A stretch of DNA of 64,000 nt, from NCBI GenBank assembly GCA_964016885.1, contig OZ024742.1:177878001-177942000 (forward strand), read 5' to 3'. Position numbers and translations under genes: made by a program. The first letter of the stretch is position 1. Each line of letters opens with the position of its first letter. The notes beneath the pieces were generated by a model, which ran no database searches, was not told where the DNA came from, and saw only the letters and a program-made list of their open reading frames with translations. Shown piece by piece: positions 56,869 to 64,000 of this stretch. Origin of the DNA: Eledone cirrhosa (Eukaryota).

Positions 56869-56931
<63 letters not shown>

Positions 56932-57033
56932 TATGTGTATGTGAGTGTGACTGTGTCTATATGTATATACACACAAATATATACATACATACATACATAC
57001 ATACATACATACATACATACATACATACATACA

Positions 57034-57069
<36 letters not shown>

Positions 57070-57078
57070 TATTATAAT

Positions 57079-57312
57079 AATTGTTTCTACTTTTGGCACA
57101 AGGCCAGCAATAAACCAGTGTATTACTGGTACTTTATTTTATCGACCCCGTAAGGATGAAAGGCAAAGTTAACCTCGGTCTGGATTTGAACTCAGAATGG
57201 GAAGAGCCGTAACTCTATGCATCAAAGCATGAACTCAGAATGGGAAGAGCCGTAACTCTATGCATCAAAGCATGGCATCCGACCCTCTACCGATACTGCC
57301 AATCCACCGCCC
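57079..57312 (-). mobile_element. SINE A with ~44 bp internal tandem duplication
   Basis: tgaactcagaatgggaagagccgtaactctatgcatcaaagca occurs twice. Confidence 0.85.
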
Positions 57313-57379
<67 letters not shown>

Positions 57380-57380
<1 letters not shown>

Positions 57381-59025
57381 TATCTTCCAGGGAGATAGCC
57401 TGTCCCCTCTGTTGTTTGTCCTTGCCCTAATGCCCTTGACCATTATGCTGCGAAAAGTGAGAGCAGGATACAAGTTGGGAAGGGGAGAGCTTACCATCAA
57501 TCACCTCCTCTTCATGGACGATCTTAAGCTCTTCGGGAAAAGTGAGAAGGAGTTGGATGTGCTTGTTGACACTGTCCGTATTTTCAGCAGTGATATATGT
57601 ATGCAGTTTGGTATTGGTAAATGTGGAGTCATTGTGATGAGGAGGGGTAGGTTGAGCAGAAGTAGCGGGATCCAGATACCAACAGGTGAGATGATAAAGG
57701 AAATTGACTCTGAGGAAGGATACAAGTATTTGGGCGTTCTGGAGGCTGATGGCATAAAGAACAAAAAAATGAAGGAATTGTTAAGAACTGAATACATTCG
57801 GAGAGTAAGGAGCGTATTGAAGTCACATCTGAACAGCAGAAATGCCATAAGCGCAGTAAATTCCCGAGCTGTGTCTATTATTAGGTACAGTGCGGGAATT
57901 CTGAGATGGAATGTTGCTGAACAAAAAGAAATGGATAGGAAGACTAGGAATCTATTGACTATCTACAACATGTTCCACAAGAGGAGTGATGTCGATAGAC
58001 TCTACCTAAGGAGATCTGAGGGTGGAAGAGGTCTTATCAGCATAGAGGACTGTGTTCAGATGGAGAAAAACAACCTATACAAATACGTGACCTATAGTAA
58101 GGAGCCAATGCTCAGAACTGTACTGAAGGAGGGGACAGTAGGCCAGGGGATGTCCAAGGAGGAAATAACATCAAGGAGGAAGAGCAGCCTTAAGGGAAAA
58201 TCCCTTCATAGTACCTTCTTTGAGAAAACTGAATTTAGAGATCCACAGACATGGAACTGGTTGAGAAGAGGAGACCTCAAAAAGGCTACAGAAGGAATGC
58301 TAATGGCTGCGCAGGAGCAGGCCCTCAAAACGAAGTGGTTGAAGCACCATATTTACAAGGAGGAGGCTAGCCCACTGTGCAGGATCTGTGGAGAGAGAGA
58401 GGAGACTGTGGCTCACATTGTGTCCGAGTGTAAACACCTAGCCCAGACCCACTATAAGGGCTGGAGACACGATGTGATGGGCAGGGTGATCCACTGGCAC
58501 CTGTGCAAAGTAAACAATTTACCACATTCTGAGAAATGGTATGAGCATAGGCCAGAGGCGGTGATGGAGAACAATCAGGTGAAGGTGCTGTGGGATTTTA
58601 GGATACAGACGGACAAAAAACTGGAACACAATAGACCTGACCTGGTGGTTGTGGACAAAGAAAAAAGATCGTGTCTGATTGTGAATGTGGCTTGCCCGTT
58701 CGACACGAGAGTGCAAGAGAAGGAGAGGGAGAAAATTAACCGATACCAGGACCTAAAGTGGGAGGTGAAAAGGATTTGGAACTGCCATGAAGTCAAAGTG
58801 ATCCCGATTGTCATAGGCGCACTGGGGACTATCTCCAAAAGTTTCCAGGGATGGTTAAAGAAAATCGGCCCCTTCACGCTTTTTGGAACGCTTCAAAAGG
58901 CATGCTTGCTTGGAACAGCAAGAACCCTCCGATACGTCCTGAATATCTGAGGCTGCAAGTAATGGCATGATATTCATTCCAACGGACTTTCCAGTTAACC
59001 AACATCAATAACTGAGATTCAAGGA
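57380..59025 (+). mobile_element. R4/Dong-clade element, copy D (5'-truncated within RT; remaining frame open to 58950)
   Basis: IFQGDSLSP, LFMDD, CCHC and RLE (LIVNVACP, D to N versus sister copies); (TAA)n on both sides. Confidence 0.95.
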
Positions 59026-59033
59026 ATAACAAC

Positions 59034-59089
<56 letters not shown>

Positions 59090-59800
59090 GAGTTTAACGG
59101 GACGAGCATAAGGTTTCCCTGCTAGTACCGGTTGCATCTCAGCGTACTCAATAGGTAAGGTTATGTATAAATTCCAGAGTAGCCACAAGGTTATTTGCCT
59201 CGATACAACACACGTAAATGGGTACCATAAATTAGTACACGTACTCGAGTTTCTGCCACACTTAATGCAGTAAGAGAAGGTACAGTATCCATTGTCTGCA
59301 TTTATGATGCAATAATGCACAATCGGTGCATTTGGCTTCATCGGGGAGTCTCGCCTAATCAATAACAAATCGATCGACAGGATTCGATTCCAGTCTGTGC
59401 TGGCTATGGCAATAAATGCGAAAAGTGACACAGTAGTACAGTAGTAACTGGAACCCCTCCCCATCATCAAGATAACGTCAAATGATTGGCTACTGGTCAG
59501 AAATTTACGTGATGGCTACGAGTCGAGATTCTATGCTTCGACCCTTCCATATGTACTCAACCATCATATGTCAAACAAACGCAAATTAACAAGTGAGTGA
59601 AAACATCGGTTATTAGAAAAAGATCTGCCTTGAATCGCTGTACAATAGAATGGTAGCAACCGACTCTAATCTCCAAGTACTATGGCAAATGTACTGCGAC
59701 AGTAAACAATGGTAGTATTTAAAACCTTTCCGGACATTAAAGCCAGCAGGTAATTAGACAGCGATAAAGAGTTAGCCTGCTGGTTAGAATTTGAATTTGG

Positions 59801-59858
<58 letters not shown>

Positions 59859-59859
59859 A

Positions 59860-60207
59860 GATAAATCTACCAAAATATACGGTAGTGTCTAATCCGTATG
59901 AAGAACTCAATGTAATCCAAATATCATGAAAAGAGAGGATGCATTCAAAGATTTTCGATGAAAATAATAGAAAAACAGAGTCAAGATAAATTAATAAAAA
60001 CAATGAATAAAAACAAAGAACAAGTTCCTTACAAGTATATGTGAAGGCGTGTATATTTCCTCGGAAAATTTGTAATATTTTTACATAGATCTATATGATA
60101 AACATACCAACACACATATCCATCCTAGAAACGATCGTAAAAATGATGAATTTTTTAATATAAGGAACTTGTCCTTTGTTTTTATTTCATTGTTTTAATT
60201 AATTTAT
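59860..60207 (-). mobile_element. Fold-back PLE-like insertion (~46 bp diverged arms plus tail)
   Basis: 59986-60031 inverted to 60161-60207; TA/TG microsatellite flanks. Confidence 0.6.
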
Positions 60208-60496
60208 ATATATATATATAAATGGAAAAGAATGAAACGAAATTTCATTTCTCATTCTTAGTACGGCTGATACTTAAATGTAAGTATATATGTATACGTA
60301 CATAGATATAGGTATACAGACGTACAGTAGTATGTGTATATATACATGCATGCACACATATATATATATGTACGTATGGGTTTACCGAACATTTATTATA
60401 ATGCTCGGTTTGTTTGTTTGTAAACAAACAGCCCGGATTATCCCGTACAGTGTTTAGGCAACAATTGTCGCCCCTTTGTTCAACACTGACACAGGA

Positions 60497-60539
60497 ACGA
60501 TGTACTAGTTTCAAGCTTATTAGCTATCGTCAGCGCCGT
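60497..60539 (-). ncRNA. Minimal type I hammerhead ribozyme
   Basis: acggcg-CTGACGA-t agct aata agct t-GAA-ACTAGT-A-catcgt; palindromic helix III, GUA triplet, one mismatch in helix I. Confidence 0.72.
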
Positions 60540-60577
60540 ATACCTTCTTGCCGGATGGCTGGACGTCTGAAAGTATA

Positions 60578-60652
<75 letters not shown>

Positions 60653-60787
60653 CATCGTAACTACACACTAAGAATATAGAGAGCTTTCTCCTGCTTACTC
60701 GTGTTTCCAGCCAAAACAACTTTTACTGAACATGCACACACAAACATATATACACAGACACACGCACAGACACACACAGACACACAG

Positions 60788-60822
<35 letters not shown>

Positions 60823-61394
60823 CATATGTTTATAAATATATATACTTTATTATAGCTATGTTATGAACCTTACTCTGGAGTTTCACATGTCCACTCAAAA
60901 GGTCATCAGACAAGAACATTTCTTTGGAATTTATACAACAGCTAGATAATTATGTCTACGTATAAGACCGTCGACTGACTGCCCTAACCATCAAACATAA
61001 CAATCAGAAAATACCGTTAAACCAACCACTGCCCCAGATCCACTACATCCCCATTACTTAATGGGACATTCTGCAAACTTTCTCCTGAACTATATACTTC
61101 CGAAAACGGATCAACGATCAAAATATAAGCCCTAAAACCATATAATCTAACAGTGTGATACCGTGTACCAGGATGTATGTATGTAATTGTTTATGAGTGT
61201 GTGTGTGTTTGTGTGCTTGTGTGTGTGAGCGCGCGCGTGTGTGCGAATGTCAGTGCGTTTTATTGGGGTTTTCACTGGAACATTCCACCAGCATGCTTTC
61301 ATGTGTATGTATGTGTCTTCCACATTGCTGTAACTTTTTTAATGTTTATTGTCGGGGCTATCTGAATAGTATTCTATTGAATAGTATTTTAGCC

Positions 61395-63000
61395 ACTACA
61401 ACATGCTTCATAGGTAAATAGTACCGTGATGAAATCATTGGACAGCTGCTTATGATATGGGTGACATCTTCGATGTTGATTCTGCAAAGTCTGCGTTTGT
61501 TTTCACATCTAGGTGTTTTGCCTTTATCCCTATCTCTTTTGTGAATCAGCTATTTTATACAGATTTCCTGTTGCTGGATTGCAAAAGCATATACTTCAAT
61601 GTGAGAGCCAATATAGCGGTTGTTGGTCTAAGATAGACTATTTTGTTTATCTATATTACTCTGGTGCCTTCTCGCAACATATCCATGTATGAACTTTTTT
61701 CTAATAATCATACAGATATTCATCCCTCGATTCACTGCGGTATTGCAGGTAATTTCCATGGGTGTGAGTTTTTGATTAACATACAAGGAATATCTTTCAA
61801 AGAGTTCCTTCCCAAATCTCATGATCTTATCTGTCTCATGTAGACAGACTCAATGTTAGGCTTCTGCCACCTTGTTTACGTTTCACGTATAGGTAGTTTA
61901 TGTCGCTGTTAATGTGGAAGTTTCCGACGTTGTTTAGGATTTTTCGGGTTTTAACACCAATAGCTCGGATTTCACCAATCGTCCAATCGATTATTCCAAT
62001 GGTCGGTGTCAAGACATGCACAGCAAACATATTGTGAGTTGTCATTGATTTATTGTGCGTGGGGATTTCAGATGATCATATTTTCTTAATCGGGTGTATT
62101 ATTCCCTGGTTACCCGTTCCTTGTTACAGATACCATCATAGGATGTATTCTCATCTATCCCTAGCTATCTATAGCAACAGGTTAGCCATTGATAAAAACG
62201 TTACTAGCTTGGCTTGTAGTTTTTACCCGCTTTACAGTCATATATGAACATTTATCCTGGCCAAATTCCATTCCTTTTTGCTTCATCATATATATATATC
62301 CTTGGGATAGAGTTTCAGGTCATCTACAAGGATATTATGGGTTATATTTGTATTTCTGTCCTCGTGTGAGCCAATTATGTATTCTTCACATTTCTTGAGC
62401 AGAAAGGACAAGGGGTTTAATGACTGAATAAATAATAGGATAGAGAGTATATCTCCTTGAAAAATACGACTGTGATATTCTATGTTATTAGTGATAATAT
62501 AGTCCTCCTTCTCTGATTTTAAGTTTAGGATAGTAGCCCAAGAAGAAGACAGCTTCTCATAAGGCTCTGATAATAGTGTCTGGGATTTTAGCAAATCGGA
62601 AGGCCTCTATCATCCAAGAGTGGGGAACAGAATCAAATTCTTTCCTGTAGTCCAGCCGGGCTGTAACCATATCCCTCCTATGTTGCCGCACATCTGACAT
62701 CGCGGTTTTTTTAATTAGGTGTTGTTCAGCACATGCCCAGCGACTTGCTCATCTTTGGGGATGTTATTACTGTCGCAGTGATCTACGAGAAATAGGTTCA
62801 GACAGGCTGTATACATGTTATACATTAGCTTCTGGCATTCTGTAGCTTTTTTGCCAAGTTGATATTTTGTATCTTGGGGACCAGTATTGTTTGTGCTAAT
62901 GTCAACCACACTGGTATATGTACATCTCCCTTCAGAGCTTGCTACTAGATTTTGATAAGATGTATCCATAAAATGTCAGTTTATTGCACCAGTAGCCGAC
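61395..63000 (-). pseudogene. Old, heavily degraded R4/Dong-clade element (third family)
   Basis: Minus-strand remnants LDYRK.FDSVPHSW, IFQGDILSILLF, HNILVDDLKLY, LYVKRKQGGR, YAFAIQQQEI, CRLCR..EDVTHIISSC. Confidence 0.8.
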
Positions 63001-63231
63001 AATCAATTTTTATCTTGTCTCATCAGTGACATTTATTACTTTGCCCTTCATATCTCTATGTATGCAATACATGCATGTATGTATGTATTTATCCATGTAT
63101 GGTGTGAACGTATGTATATCTATAAATATGTGTGTAAATTATGCTAGAGTGTTTGTCTATTGATCTGATATCTGTACACACAAGTAAATTTACTCACATG
63201 GATATATATATATGTAGGCCTGTATGTAGGC

Positions 63232-63393
63232 ATAGTCGGACGCCATGCTTTCTAGCATAGTTACGTCCCTTTACGGTCTGAGTTCAAATCCCGCCGAGGT
63301 TTACTTTGCCGTTCATCCTTACGCGGTCGATAAAATAAAGTACCAGTAATGCACTGGGTAATTGGTGGCCTTGTGCCTAAAGTAGAAACAATT
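63232..63393 (+). mobile_element. SINE A, 5'-truncated
   Basis: gtcggacgccatgc...gagttcaaatcccgcc...gtgcctaaagtagaaacaatta. Confidence 0.88.
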
Positions 63394-63488
63394 ATATATA
63401 CAAGCATATATATGAACATACGTATATATATATATATATATATATATGTGCGTGAGTGTATATGTTTGTATGTATATATGTATGTATG

Positions 63489-63556
<68 letters not shown>

Positions 63557-63572
63557 TGTGTATGTATGTATG

Positions 63573-63707
<135 letters not shown>

Positions 63708-63761
63708 TATTTTCCGTTGTGTTGTAAATTCCTTTCAACTAAACTGTATCCATTCAAATCT

Positions 63762-63807
<46 letters not shown>

Positions 63808-63876
63808 ATGTGTGTGTGTGTGTGTGTGTATAGTGACGAAACATAAGTCAATTGCATGAACTCATAATCCTTTATT

Positions 63877-63934
63877 TACTGCTATATATATTTCGATGAT
63901 AGCCATTGAATGGCTATCACCTCATCAGGCAGTT
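63877..63934 (-). ncRNA. Minimal type I hammerhead ribozyme, apparently intact
   Basis: actgc-CTGATGA-ggtgatagccat tca atggctatcatc-GAA-ATATATAT-A-gcagt; 12-bp helix II, palindromic helix III, AUA triplet. Confidence 0.88.
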
Positions 63935-64000
63935 AGTCAGTTCTTATATATGCCAGCTCTGGGTGTGTAGTGTTGATGGTATCAGAGCCTTGGGACATAT

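Noticed and set aside
60866-60914. Minus-strand CTGATGA...GAAACTCCAGAGTA
   Set aside because: Core and helix III are present but helix I and II do not pair; at best a decayed hammerhead

Overview
AT-rich, microsatellite-dense animal genomic DNA with no intact host gene that I can support. The SINE families and the (TA)n/(TAA)n load suggest a cephalopod such as Octopus, but that is inference. Nearly all ORF-track hits are translations of simple repeats. The real content is retroelements sorted by microsatellite target. (1) (TA)n arrays carry at least seven families of Penelope-like element (PLE) ends, including one Naiad-like GIY-YIG fragment. Most are fold-back (inverted-arm) insertions with minimal type I hammerhead ribozymes, several of which cleave at AUA. 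A short ACTC...GAGT hairpin motif sits a few nt beyond the end of the inverted arm in six unrelated families, which is the most interesting signal in the window. (2) (TAA)n arrays carry R4/Dong-clade non-LTR elements (four copies of one young family plus a second family; a third, decayed family lies at 61.4-63.0 kb) and an oppositely oriented L1/Tx1-type 3' fragment. (3) There are also tRNA-derived SINEs, a DD37D (maT) transposon remnant, tandem duplications and possible decayed Ig-like exons. All coordinates and pairings were read by eye.
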